Source of the DNA: an uncultured Flavobacteriaceae bacterium
GTDB lineage: Bacteria; Bacteroidota; Bacteroidia; Flavobacteriales; Weeksellaceae
Reading direction: 5' to 3'
Assembly (NCBI GenBank): GCA_963519505.1
Contig: CAUQOP010000001.1
Location: 1 to 39,380 of the forward strand
Length of the DNA: 39,380 bases
Below are positions 18,476 through 27,729 of the stretch, piece by piece (position 1 is the stretch's first letter; every line of letters begins with the position of its first letter). Under the pieces are notes generated by a model. It was not told where the DNA came from and did no database searches. It was given only the letters and a program-made list of their open reading frames with translations. The position numbers and the translations under genes are program-made.

Positions 18476-20992
18476 CTATATTTTTTGTTTTTCCCAGTAG
18501 AGTTCATCATTTTTCAAGGTGACACTGACAGTATCTCCTTCATGAAACTCTCCTGCTACGATTTTTTTTGCTAAAGGTCTTCGTAATTTTCCTCGAATAA
18601 CACCTTTTAGTGGCCTTGCTCCATATTTTATGTCATAGCCTTCTTCTGAAAGATATTCTTTGGCTTCTTCCGAAATATTTAATGTAATATTTAAATTTTT
18701 AACCAAATCTAATAATTCTTTTTTGAGGTGTATTTCGAAAATTTTCAGAGCATTCTCTTTACTTATCGGTGCAAAAGGAATGATTTCTGTAAGTCTTCCC
18801 AAAAACTCTGGGCGAAAAAACCTTGTCATAATCTCCAAAAGATCGGCTGAAGCTGGAATTTTTCCATTAGCAAAAGAATTTACAATAAAATCCGAGCCTA
18901 TATTAGATGTAAAGAGAATGATAGCATTAGAGAAATCACCTTCTTTGCCAAGTCTGTCGTGCAGCTTACCTTCATCCATTATTTGAAGAAAAACATCAAA
19001 AACTGAAGCATGAGCCTTTTCTATTTCATCAAAAAGAACAATGGAATAAGGCTTTTGTCTAATTTTATTAACCAAAAGTCCGCCCTCTTCATAGCCTACA
19101 TAACCAGGAGGCGCTCCATAGAGTAATGCCGCGGAATGCTCTTCTTTAAACTCGGACATATCAAAGCGGATAATTGCATTTTCATCTTGGAAAAGAAATT
19201 CTGCCAAGGATTTTGCCAGTTCGGTTTTCCCTGTTCCTGTTGGCCCTAAAAAGAAAAATGAACCGATGGGTTGTCCAGCTTTACTCAGTCCAGAACGGGA
19301 CTCTAGAACCGCTCCAGAAATTGTAGCTATAGCGTGGTCTTGCCCTACCACTCGGCGGGAGAGAACCTGCTCTATTTCATTCAAACGCTGTTTTTCTTCT
19401 TCTTGTAGTTTTCCGATAGAAATATTTGTTTTTTGAGAAATCATCAAAGCTAAATCTCTATCAGTAATATCGCTTCGTTTTTCCAAAGCAACAGCCTCTG
19501 CCTGCTCTATTCGTTTTCTAGAAAAAGCAAAAATATTTTCGACATCAATAATTTGATTATCAAAAACTTCTGGTTCTTCTTCAGAACTTAATAAGTATTT
19601 AGTTTTTTCCACTAAATCCTTTAAAAGCCATAAAGCATGAGTTTTTAACTGTTCATCTGAATAATTTTTTGTGTTTTGTTCTAGATGTATGATCTGATTC
19701 AGAAAATGATTTTTTTCTTTCAGGAAGGACTCACCAGCAGTTTTTAGAGCAGACATTGTGTGGTCTACTAAATCTATTGCCGAAGCAGGAAGACTCTTTT
19801 CTTTCATGTACCGCTTAGACAGACGAATTGCCTCTCGAATACTTCTGTCTTCAATATTAATTTGATGGTGATTTTGATAACTTACCAATGCCTGTTTGAG
19901 CATTCTGAAATGAGTTTCATCATCAGCTTCTTCCATTTTGATAATTTCGAACATTCCTGATAGACCCTGTTCTTTTTCTATCTTTTTGGTATACTCTTCT
20001 ATCGTAGTGGCGGCAATCAGAGTGAGTCCTTTTGACAATTCACTCTTCAACAGATTGCTAATTCCCATATCTTGGTTACTGCCCAATAGTGAATGAATAT
20101 CATCAATAATCAAAACGCTTTTGGGATATAAACGAAGTTCATTGGCAATATTTTTCAGTCGATCTTCTATTTCGCCTTTGTAAGAAGCTCCAGCAATAAT
20201 AGCTCCTAAATCCAGTTCAAAAACCTCTAAACCACCTAGCAAATCAGGAATCTGATTAAAAACCAATTTTTGGACAAAACCCTCTATCAGTCTAGTCTTC
20301 CCAATGCCATGATCACCTATAATCAATACATTTTGTTTGTGATAGCGACAAAGTATCTCCGTAATGTGATGGAGTTCTGCATCTCTACCAATTAAGAAAT
20401 TATCTTCTTGATGAGTTAAATCATTTTTCTTATCCTGTTTTAATAAATCATTCTTTTTCTTAATCTCTTCTTTTTTATTGATACAATATTTTTGCAAAAA
20501 GCCTTTCTTTAAAGTAGATAAAGATTTTGGCGAAGAATTAGAAATGTTGTCAGATAATTCAAATTTTGGCTGATCTTTCAATAGTTCTTCTCTTGTGACA
20601 GGAAAGGTTTTCATTTGATCAAAACTAAATGCTGCCCCTGGTGAACTCAACGCTACCATTAGACAAAAAAGCGTAACTTCGTCCTCACTTAGCAATTCAC
20701 GGATAGCATCTGCTTCAGCAAAGATTTCATCTATAATTTCAGAAGGCTCACAACTGCGTAAATTTGGAGATTTTGGCGACTCTTCTATTCTAACTTCCGC
20801 CCATTCTTCCAAAAAAAACACATCGACTCCTAGTTTCTCTAAGTTTTTTAAAAGAGATAAATCCCTATTTAGTATGGCTTTAAGTAAATGCGCCCCAGTA
20901 TATTGCGCATTCATATTCTCTCTCCCTATTTTCTGAGCAACCTCTAATGCTTTCTGTACTTCAGAATTATATGATGATTTGAAAGTTTCCAT
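18476..20992 (-). CDS. tssH: ClpV/TssH AAA+ sheath-recycling ATPase
   Basis: 838 aa with two AAA modules. The Walker A motifs are GDHGIGKTRL and GPTGTGKTELAK. The Walker B motifs are VLIIDDIH and VLFDEIEKAH. It has a Clp-N-like N-terminus. Confidence 0.92.
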   Translation of the reverse strand: METFKSSYNSEVQKALEVAQKIGRENMNAQYTGAHLLKAILNRDLSLLKNLEKLGVDVFFLEEWAEVRIEESPKSPNLRSCEPSEIIDEIFAEADAIRELLSEDEVTLFCLMVALSSPGAAFSFDQMKTFPVTREELLKDQPKFELSDNISNSSPKSLSTLKKGFLQKYCINKKEEIKKKNDLLKQDKKNDLTHQEDNFLIGRDAELHHITEILCRYHKQNVLIIGDHGIGKTRLIEGFVQKLVFNQIPDLLGGLEVFELDLGAIIAGASYKGEIEDRLKNIANELRLYPKSVLIIDDIHSLLGSNQDMGISNLLKSELSKGLTLIAATTIEEYTKKIEKEQGLSGMFEIIKMEEADDETHFRMLKQALVSYQNHHQINIEDRSIREAIRLSKRYMKEKSLPASAIDLVDHTMSALKTAGESFLKEKNHFLNQIIHLEQNTKNYSDEQLKTHALWLLKDLVEKTKYLLSSEEEPEVFDNQIIDVENIFAFSRKRIEQAEAVALEKRSDITDRDLALMISQKTNISIGKLQEEEKQRLNEIEQVLSRRVVGQDHAIATISGAVLESRSGLSKAGQPIGSFFFLGPTGTGKTELAKSLAEFLFQDENAIIRFDMSEFKEEHSAALLYGAPPGYVGYEEGGLLVNKIRQKPYSIVLFDEIEKAHASVFDVFLQIMDEGKLHDRLGKEGDFSNAIILFTSNIGSDFIVNSFANGKIPASADLLEIMTRFFRPEFLGRLTEIIPFAPISKENALKIFEIHLKKELLDLVKNLNITLNISEEAKEYLSEEGYDIKYGARPLKGVIRGKLRRPLAKKIVAGEFHEGDTVSVTLKNDELYWEKQKI

Positions 20993-21026
20993 ATTTATAT
21001 TACTTTTATCAAGTTTTTCAATTTCA

Positions 21027-22085
21027 TTATTTTTTCATCCAAATTCCCCATTTTTTAGTTTTGTAATGGACATTGATATTTTGGATACAATTTTGTGAAT
21101 TCTTGTTCAAGCGAATAGCCGAGATTTTAATTTTATCCCCTGAAATGACTCTGCAAAATTCATCAAATGGTAAAATTTTATCATCATTGATGACTACAGG
21201 AATATCATAATTTCCACAAAGATAGTCCTTGAAATCTTCCTTTGTTTTAGACTGATTCGCGACCTGATTTAATAATAATTGAAACTGCTCATTGGAGATT
21301 TCTGGAGCTTTTTTAGGCTCAGCAAGTGTATCTTTTTTAGTATTTCCTCGTGGAGAAACAGGAATATTCTCAAGCATATCTACCAATGGATCTTTTTGTG
21401 GATTGCCTTTTGGAAGAGAAAAAGAAGCATGGGAACGCTCAAATTCATAAGATTTAAGGTCTATTTTTTGTTTAGCTTTTATGGTTTTAGGCGCTACATA
21501 AATAGTTTTTACTGCACGATGTTCTACATCTCCATTTACAATTAAGGTAACTTTTTTCTGTCCAGCTGATTTGAAATGATATGAAACAGACTGCCCTAAA
21601 GCATCAGTATCTATACTTTCACCAAAACTCCATTCCCAAGATTGTCCACCTTCTTTTTCTCCAAGAAAATCAACTTTCTGTCCAACCGTAACGACACTTG
21701 GGGCAATAATCCTAGGTAAATATCCTGTGTTTTGGCTGGTTGCTGTGATGTGAATTGATTTTTCATGAACACAGTGACCATTGATTTTCAAGCGAATAAT
21801 ATAATTTCCTGCTTTCTTATATTGGTGCAGGGTTCTCTGGCGATAATCAGGAGCTGAACCATCTCCAAAATCCCATTCCCAGCTCTTTGCATTGGGTGTA
21901 TTGTCATAAAATTCAACGACTTTATCTATTGACATATCCCCTGACACTAGAAATTTGGCACTTTCACAATCTACACGGCGAAAATACTGAACCAGTAAAA
22001 GTATAATACTAAGCAGCAGAACAATACCCAAACTCAAATAAATACGCCTATCTATCCGAAATAAAAAACCAAAATGCCTTAACAT
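21027..22085 (-). CDS. Membrane-anchored protein with two PKD domains
   Basis: 352 aa with an N-terminal TM helix (LSLGIVLLLSIILLLV). There are two PKD signatures, WEWDFGDGS and WEWSFGES. It lies 34 nt upstream of clpV on the same strand. Confidence 0.8.
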   Translation of the reverse strand: MLRHFGFLFRIDRRIYLSLGIVLLLSIILLLVQYFRRVDCESAKFLVSGDMSIDKVVEFYDNTPNAKSWEWDFGDGSAPDYRQRTLHQYKKAGNYIIRLKINGHCVHEKSIHITATSQNTGYLPRIIAPSVVTVGQKVDFLGEKEGGQSWEWSFGESIDTDALGQSVSYHFKSAGQKKVTLIVNGDVEHRAVKTIYVAPKTIKAKQKIDLKSYEFERSHASFSLPKGNPQKDPLVDMLENIPVSPRGNTKKDTLAEPKKAPEISNEQFQLLLNQVANQSKTKEDFKDYLCGNYDIPVVINDDKILPFDEFCRVISGDKIKISAIRLNKNSQNCIQNINVHYKTKKWGIWMKK

Positions 22086-22137
22086 ATATCATTTTTAACC
22101 TAACAAAAATAATGTTTTTTTGTAAATATAAAAACCA

Positions 22138-22322
22138 TTACTTTTTCTTTATGGTCTTTTCTACCCTGTAGAAACTAGTTTTGCTGATACCTGCTTGTTT
22201 ACAGGCTTTATCTATAGGAATATTTTTGTTTTCATAAAGATGAAAAGCAAAATAATATTTTTCCAAAGTTTCTTTCTTTACCCCTTTGGGTCTTCCGATG
22301 AGCTTCTTTCTTCTCCTTGCCT
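22138..22322 (-). pseudogene. Remnant of a second serine-recombinase gene (C-terminal HTH only)
   Basis: By eye it is about 88-90% nt identical to 26417..26600. It translates to ARRRKKLIGRPKGVKKETLEKYYFAFHLYENKNIPIDKACKQAGISKTSFYRVEKTIKKK*, which matches the last about 60 aa of ORF 26417..26992. Going upstream in this frame a stop codon (TAG) is reached before any ATG, and there is no catalytic domain. Confidence 0.8.
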
Positions 22323-22400
22323 CCTTTGATTCATTTCTTTTATATTCCTCTTTTTCGTCCGATTTTCTAAAACAACTTAAAATAAATTCGTCATAAATAA

Positions 22401-25148
22401 TTAGAATCCGTATTTTCTTTCTCTATTTTTAAAGGCTTCTTTACCTCCTTCTACAATATCTGCAATATGCTCTTTAATACCCATGCTTTTTAATAAATCT
22501 GTTTCGGTTTCAATTTTAGCAAATGTATTTTCTATTGCACCATTGATATAATCAAATTTATAAAGACTCGAAGTTTCTTTGTCATTTTGTCCCTTTTGAT
22601 TTGCAACAATAACATTTTCTGCATCGGCATTTACAACAATATTTGCATTGTGTGTAACCAATATAATTTGTCTTTCAATTTTCTTATTCCTTAGATAAGA
22701 GATAATATTTTCACTTACAGAACGATTGTCCAAGTTATCTTCTGGTTGGTCAATCAGAATTGGTGATTTTGATTTACTCAAGCCTATTATTAACATTAGT
22801 ATCACAAAACTTGCTTTCCCTGTGGACATCTCACCAAGTTTATCATTTTTGTAAGTGATTTCCCAATAGTCATAAAAATAATCATCCAGTATTTTTTTCA
22901 TAATTTCTCGTTGGTTATATCTCGTATTTACCACATATTTTCCACTTAAAACATCTTCAAATATATTTTTTACCTCACTTTCCAAATGTGAATATTCATA
23001 TTCCGAAATTCTTGTCTTTTTACTTTCTAAGATATCATAATTCAAATTTGAAGCACTTCTGCCATCAGTGAAATCCAAAATATTTTCACGGAATTTTTGG
23101 AAATTAAATTGTGCTATTCCCCTTATTTGTAAACCGTCTTTTTCAAGTTCTACTGTTCTATCTTTCAATAACTCTATAATGTTCATATACTCATCAAAAG
23201 ATTTTTTATATAATTGGAATAAATTGTCTTTTGTTTTGATTGCAAATTCTTTTTTCTCCGTGATACTTGTATTGAGAGTATTTATATCCTCCAAAAGCTT
23301 TTTGTCATTTGCAATAGATCCATTTAGTTTTTTTATTTTTTCTTGAATCTCTTCATTCTTTTGGTACGGCTTCATCTCATTTTCAATACTATTCTTCTGA
23401 GTGATGATTAGATTTAACTCCTCTTTAAAAATATTATTATTTACAAAAACCTTTTTCCCCTCACTATTCTCTTTAAGTTCTATTTCTTTAATCAAATTTT
23501 CAAGCTGATTTATTGAATCACTTAGAAAACTTAATTTAGTTTGATAATACTCTCTAAATCTATCTGTCTTAATATTTTGTAAAAAGGTTATTTTTTTAGT
23601 TTGTAAAATAACTAATTCATTTTTAAGTTCTTGCAAGAAAGTATTCGTTTGAGAAAAATCACTATTCAGTAAATCTTTTCTTTTTTGATTTTGCTGTTGT
23701 TGTTCTTGAATACTTTTGTATTGCTCAATATGCTCATCGGATAATCCTGCTTCTTTGTTTGACTTTTCAACTTCTTCAGAGTTTGTTTTAATACTAGTCT
23801 CTAAAACCTCTTTTTTTGGTTTTGTGTTTAATTCGGCTTCTAATTTTTGTATATCATCAAGAGTATCAAAGTAGTTATCTATCAGATCATCTCTTTTTTT
23901 GTCATATCCTCTTACTCTTTCAATAAAATTATTATACTTTTGTTTTGAATCAGTATCCTCACAAATAAGATTTCTAACTAATTTATTTAGAGATTCTCCT
24001 TTTCCACTTAACTCAGGTTCAGCAAGTTTTACCAATTCATTTTGTGGAATATACTTTATATTTGGAATTAGAGAATTATGCCCGTCTTCTCTATCAGATA
24101 TTTTTTGAGAAATACCAGCTTTCGTTGTAATTTCAAAATTAAAGCCTGAATCAATAGATTTTAGACCATATCTTTCTTCCCCATTATTTTTAAAAAGCAA
24201 TTTGTCTTTTGTATCTGCTAATAAGGTTTTTGCAATAGAATATAACAATATAGACTTTCCTGACGATTTTCCACCGATAATAACATTAAGGTTAGGGTTA
24301 AAATATATCTCTTCATTACTAAATTTATTATTAGGAGAAATAAATTTCACTTTGTCAATAATTTCCTTATCTTCTTTGAAGTCGGGTTTTTCGTCTTGCA
24401 TTCTTACTCTTTCTTCAGGTTCATAAATAATTTGTTTTAATCCTTCAAAAGTAGGATCTGCTTTTATCCAACAGTTTTCTTTTAAGGAATAATTCTTTAT
24501 ATCATGATTATCAGAGGCAATAATCATAGGGATATACTTTCCTATATTAGGAAAAACATTTTTTATATATCCTTCCTTATCAGTTACTTTCCCAAGTTCA
24601 TAAATATCAACTAAATCAACTATATCTTCTTTTTGTGCTATGGCGTGAGGTAAGGAATTTGTAATATTTTCAATGTTATTAGTTTTACTTCCTGCATGTA
24701 TGGTTGTTATTCCTCCTAATTCTTTTATTAATTTCATGGTGTCTATTAAATCACAATATACTTCATTGTGTTTTTTATTAGAACCTTCTATCTGTTTTAT
24801 ATTTGTAGTGTTTTTTAGCTGCCCCCATATATAAGAAATATTAGAAGTGCCTGAAAAAATACCTATGAAATGTATTGGATCTTTACCTCTTGCATCAGCT
24901 AAAAATTCTATTCCAGGTAAAACAGTTATTCCTTTATCTTTACCAAGTTGTTGCAAATTTTGGATTCTATCTATATCCATTATATGATGGTCTGTTATTG
25001 CAACAACAGATATTTCATTTTCAGCTAATATATTTATTATTTCTTGGTCTGTTACTCCTTTATTTTTATAATCATATGATGAAGGAGTATGAAAGTGTAA
25101 ATCCCATTTTCTCCATTCAGAGCCTCTGTTTACTTTGTTTGTATTCAT
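22401..25148 (-). CDS. PHP-domain phosphoesterase fused to SMC/ABC-like ATPase with long coiled coil (Ppl-like candidate defence protein)
   Basis: The N-terminal PHP motifs are WDLHFHTP, AITDHH, PGIEF, TTIHAG and IASDNHD. Walker A is IIGGKSSGKSILL. A K/E/Q-rich coiled-coil region of about 300 aa follows. Near the C-terminus are EMSTGKASF, the Walker B ILIDQPEDNLDNRS and LVTHNANIVV. The start is set at MNTNKV (25148), which avoids a 62-nt overlap with the upstream gene. Confidence 0.75.
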   Translation of the reverse strand: MNTNKVNRGSEWRKWDLHFHTPSSYDYKNKGVTDQEIINILAENEISVVAITDHHIMDIDRIQNLQQLGKDKGITVLPGIEFLADARGKDPIHFIGIFSGTSNISYIWGQLKNTTNIKQIEGSNKKHNEVYCDLIDTMKLIKELGGITTIHAGSKTNNIENITNSLPHAIAQKEDIVDLVDIYELGKVTDKEGYIKNVFPNIGKYIPMIIASDNHDIKNYSLKENCWIKADPTFEGLKQIIYEPEERVRMQDEKPDFKEDKEIIDKVKFISPNNKFSNEEIYFNPNLNVIIGGKSSGKSILLYSIAKTLLADTKDKLLFKNNGEERYGLKSIDSGFNFEITTKAGISQKISDREDGHNSLIPNIKYIPQNELVKLAEPELSGKGESLNKLVRNLICEDTDSKQKYNNFIERVRGYDKKRDDLIDNYFDTLDDIQKLEAELNTKPKKEVLETSIKTNSEEVEKSNKEAGLSDEHIEQYKSIQEQQQQNQKRKDLLNSDFSQTNTFLQELKNELVILQTKKITFLQNIKTDRFREYYQTKLSFLSDSINQLENLIKEIELKENSEGKKVFVNNNIFKEELNLIITQKNSIENEMKPYQKNEEIQEKIKKLNGSIANDKKLLEDINTLNTSITEKKEFAIKTKDNLFQLYKKSFDEYMNIIELLKDRTVELEKDGLQIRGIAQFNFQKFRENILDFTDGRSASNLNYDILESKKTRISEYEYSHLESEVKNIFEDVLSGKYVVNTRYNQREIMKKILDDYFYDYWEITYKNDKLGEMSTGKASFVILMLIIGLSKSKSPILIDQPEDNLDNRSVSENIISYLRNKKIERQIILVTHNANIVVNADAENVIVANQKGQNDKETSSLYKFDYINGAIENTFAKIETETDLLKSMGIKEHIADIVEGGKEAFKNRERKYGF

Positions 25149-25158
25149 AATATATTTT

Positions 25159-26352
25159 TTAATATAAAAATCCGAACAACCATAGAGGAATAGATTTTCC
25201 ATTAGGTTGAACAATATCATCTTTTACGATCCAAGAATTTTCTAATCCTTTAATTTGTGATGTTGTTTTGTTTTTTCCTCCTATTTCAAAGGTGTACTTA
25301 TCGTCTACTAAAAAATCAGCTTGTTTAGACTGGGATATTTTATGATTCACAACTATTTGATTATAGAAGAATATTTCCCGAACAGTTCCTATATTAGGAT
25401 TACCCTCATTTAAAGCAAATAGAAGGTTTGTGTTATTCAAGTATACTTTTTCAGGTTTTTGAATTGAAGCTATACTATAATTTTGAGGTTGTAACAAATA
25501 CAATAAACGAGATTCTTCCAAAAAGTATAGGTAGTTGTTTAATGAATTTCTATGAATATTTGTTTTTCGGGAAAGCTCAGATAAATTGGGGGAGAATGGA
25601 ACTTGCTGACTTACAATGTATAACAATTGTAAGATTTTTTTAGCTTGCCTAATATCAAATCCCTTAATCTCAGCCATATCTACTTCTACAATTAACCTTA
25701 CCAATTGTCTTAATTTCTGGTGATAAGTATGTATATTTTCCATAAAGAAAGGATAACAACCTACTTCTAAATATTCATTAAAGAACTCATATGGCTTAAA
25801 ATCAACAGAAAAATATTCATTAAAATCAAAATTGGGATTTAATATTTCTTGCAAAGAAATTTCAGAAATATGAACACCTTTAGATAAGGAAAGAAACTCC
25901 CTGAAAGAAAGCCCATGAAGTTCATAAATTACAGCTCTTCTACTTAAATCGCCTTCATTATGTGTGATATCAATAATTGATGAGCCTGTAAAAATTATTT
26001 TTAAATCATGATATCTATCGTATAGATTTTTAATTTCTTGAGACCAACTAGGGTATTTATGTACTTCATCCAATACCAAAACTTTTCCTCCCTGCATATA
26101 GAACTCCTTCCCTATTTCTAGTAAACTATGGTTAGAAAAGAAAATATCATCTAATGAAATATATAATTTTTGAGTTTTTGGCAAGTTTAATTGAGCTAAA
26201 TACTGAAGTAACATTGTTGTTTTTCCAGTCCCTCTCGCTCCTTTTATACCAATAAGATTATCATTCCAATCTATTTTATAATATAGACTCCTAAAAAAAT
26301 CCAATTTAGTTTTTAATAGATGTTGATTGGATATATCAAACAATTCTTCCAT
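25159..26352 (-). CDS. AAA+ ATPase of the AAA_14/DUF4143 type
   Basis: Walker A is GIKGARGTGKTTML and Walker B is VLVLDEVHKY. The C-terminal ADFLVDD..FEIGGK resembles the nuclease-like DUF4143 end. The likely start is MEELFD at 26352; the ORF track extends to 26412. Confidence 0.75.
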   Translation of the reverse strand: MEELFDISNQHLLKTKLDFFRSLYYKIDWNDNLIGIKGARGTGKTTMLLQYLAQLNLPKTQKLYISLDDIFFSNHSLLEIGKEFYMQGGKVLVLDEVHKYPSWSQEIKNLYDRYHDLKIIFTGSSIIDITHNEGDLSRRAVIYELHGLSFREFLSLSKGVHISEISLQEILNPNFDFNEYFSVDFKPYEFFNEYLEVGCYPFFMENIHTYHQKLRQLVRLIVEVDMAEIKGFDIRQAKKILQLLYIVSQQVPFSPNLSELSRKTNIHRNSLNNYLYFLEESRLLYLLQPQNYSIASIQKPEKVYLNNTNLLFALNEGNPNIGTVREIFFYNQIVVNHKISQSKQADFLVDDKYTFEIGGKNKTTSQIKGLENSWIVKDDIVQPNGKSIPLWLFGFLY

Positions 26353-26416
26353 TTTATAAATGCACAAATAAATATGCAATTTATAATTATTTTTGCATAT
26401 TTCAAAATGCAAAAGC

Positions 26417-26992
26417 TTACTTTTCTTTCTTCAAAGTCTTTTCTACCCTGTAGAAGCTGGTTTTGCTTATACCCGCTTGCTTGCAGGCTTTATCGATAGG
26501 AATGTTTTTGTTTTCATAAAGATGAAAGGCAAAATGATATTTTTCCAAAGTTTCTTTTTTTATTCCTTTGGGTCTTCCGATGAGTTTCTTTCTTCTCCTT
26601 GCTCCTTCGATTCCTGCTTTCGTTCTTTCACTGATGAGATTTCTTTCAAACTCAGCCACTGCTCCAAAAATCTGAATGATAAACTTCCCATTGGCAGAAG
26701 TAGTATCAAAAGCGGGTTCAGAGATACTTTTGAAGAAAACACCTTTTTGATTAAAAAACTCAATGAGCTCAATCATATTTTTTAAAGAGCGGAAAATTCT
26801 ATCGGTTTTATAAACAATAACCACATCTCCCTCGCGAAGGAAAGAGAGCATTTCATTGAGTCCTTTTCTGTCTTCTCGCACACCACTGGCAATATCAGTG
26901 TAAATTTTCTCGCACCCTTGCTGTTTTAATAGTTCTATTTGGGTTTCTAATTTCTGCTCAGCAGTAGAAACACGCGCATATCCGAAAATCAT
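26417..26992 (-). CDS. Serine recombinase (resolvase/invertase family)
   Basis: 191 aa. The N-terminal MIFGYARVSTAEQ carries the catalytic Ser context. The C-terminal HTH is IPIDKACKQAGISKTSFYRV. Confidence 0.9.
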   Translation of the reverse strand: MIFGYARVSTAEQKLETQIELLKQQGCEKIYTDIASGVREDRKGLNEMLSFLREGDVVIVYKTDRIFRSLKNMIELIEFFNQKGVFFKSISEPAFDTTSANGKFIIQIFGAVAEFERNLISERTKAGIEGARRRKKLIGRPKGIKKETLEKYHFAFHLYENKNIPIDKACKQAGISKTSFYRVEKTLKKEK

Positions 26993-27496
26993 AATTTAGA
27001 TATTTAATGTTTATTGTTATGGCTTTTTGTTTATTTATCTATAGGAATATTCTCCAATATATTTCTTACAAATAATGGTAAATATTTTTCATAAAAAAGA
27101 CACTTTTTAATTATTTAAATTGGAACAAATACAATATCCAAATTTATAAAATAATCAAAAAACAAGTTCCGAAGTTTTTTACTCCTTTTTTATCAAAAAA
27201 AAGCAAGATAGTCTTTGCCTAAAACTTGAAAAAGTTGTATATACAAAGACACATCTTGCACCTCTCATTTCGGTTAGCTTTCAGATATTTTATATTTTGG
27301 TAAAGGAATTTTATTATAGCAACATAAAACATTGATTTTCAATGTCTGTTTTTTGTAAAATAGATTTTGGACTCTAAAAATATGCTTATAGTACAGAAGA
27401 AATGAAGTTCTAAAAAAGCTTGTTTTTTTAGTATAAATAATGTTTTTATTTGGTATTTATTGATAACCAGCTATTTAGCAAAACAGCTCTGTCACA

Positions 27497-27574
27497 TTTT
27501 TTACAGGTTGCTCTCCTAACCCTGCAGTATATTTTACAGGTAGATGATATACCTTGAATTATTTTTTACAGGTT
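27497..27574 (+). repeat. Three direct copies of TTTTACAGGT
   Basis: The copies are TTTTTTACAGGTT at 27497-27509, ATTTTACAGGTA at 27531-27542 and ATTTTTTACAGGTT at 27561-27574, with about 30-34 bp spacing. They lie in a 737-nt ORF-free gap upstream of the recombinase. Confidence 0.4.
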
Positions 27575-27658
27575 GGTAGGGTAATTTAAAATAATGAAGT
27601 AGACAAAAAACTAGTACCCTAACTTTAGAATTTCATTGGTAATTTTATATGAAAGACA

Positions 27659-27688
27659 CTTTGATAGTATCATTTGATACTATCAAAG
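27659..27688. repeat. Perfect 30-bp palindrome
   Basis: CTTTGATAGTATCA tt TGATACTATCAAAG has 14-bp arms and a 2-nt centre. It lies 41 nt beyond the stop of the DUF234-type ATPase gene. It could be a terminator or a dimeric protein binding site. Confidence 0.6.
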
Positions 27689-27729
27689 TCATGTTTTTAA
27701 TCACTAAGTAAAAAACTCAGTATTAGTTA

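Noticed and set aside
22138-22371. The recombinase remnant considered as a functional stand-alone HTH gene
   Set aside because: The frame is open from a TAG stop but contains no start codon upstream of the HTH. The upstream residues (KSDEKEEYKRNESKE) have no counterpart in the intact recombinase.
25149-25220. The 5' extension of the PHP-ATPase ORF (MILFNLMENLFLYGCSDFYIKKYI) overlapping the upstream gene by 62 nt
   Set aside because: The extension is hydrophobic junk antisense-free sequence overlapping the DUF4143 gene end. The internal ATG at 25148 lies 10 nt after that gene's stop and immediately precedes the PHP domain.
26393-26785. A 130-aa plus-strand ORF opposite the serine recombinase, and similar antisense ORFs listed inside tssC, tssF, clpV, vgrG and the ATPase genes
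   Set aside because: All lie fully inside well-supported genes on the other strand, have no recognisable motifs, and are typical of AT-rich antisense frames.
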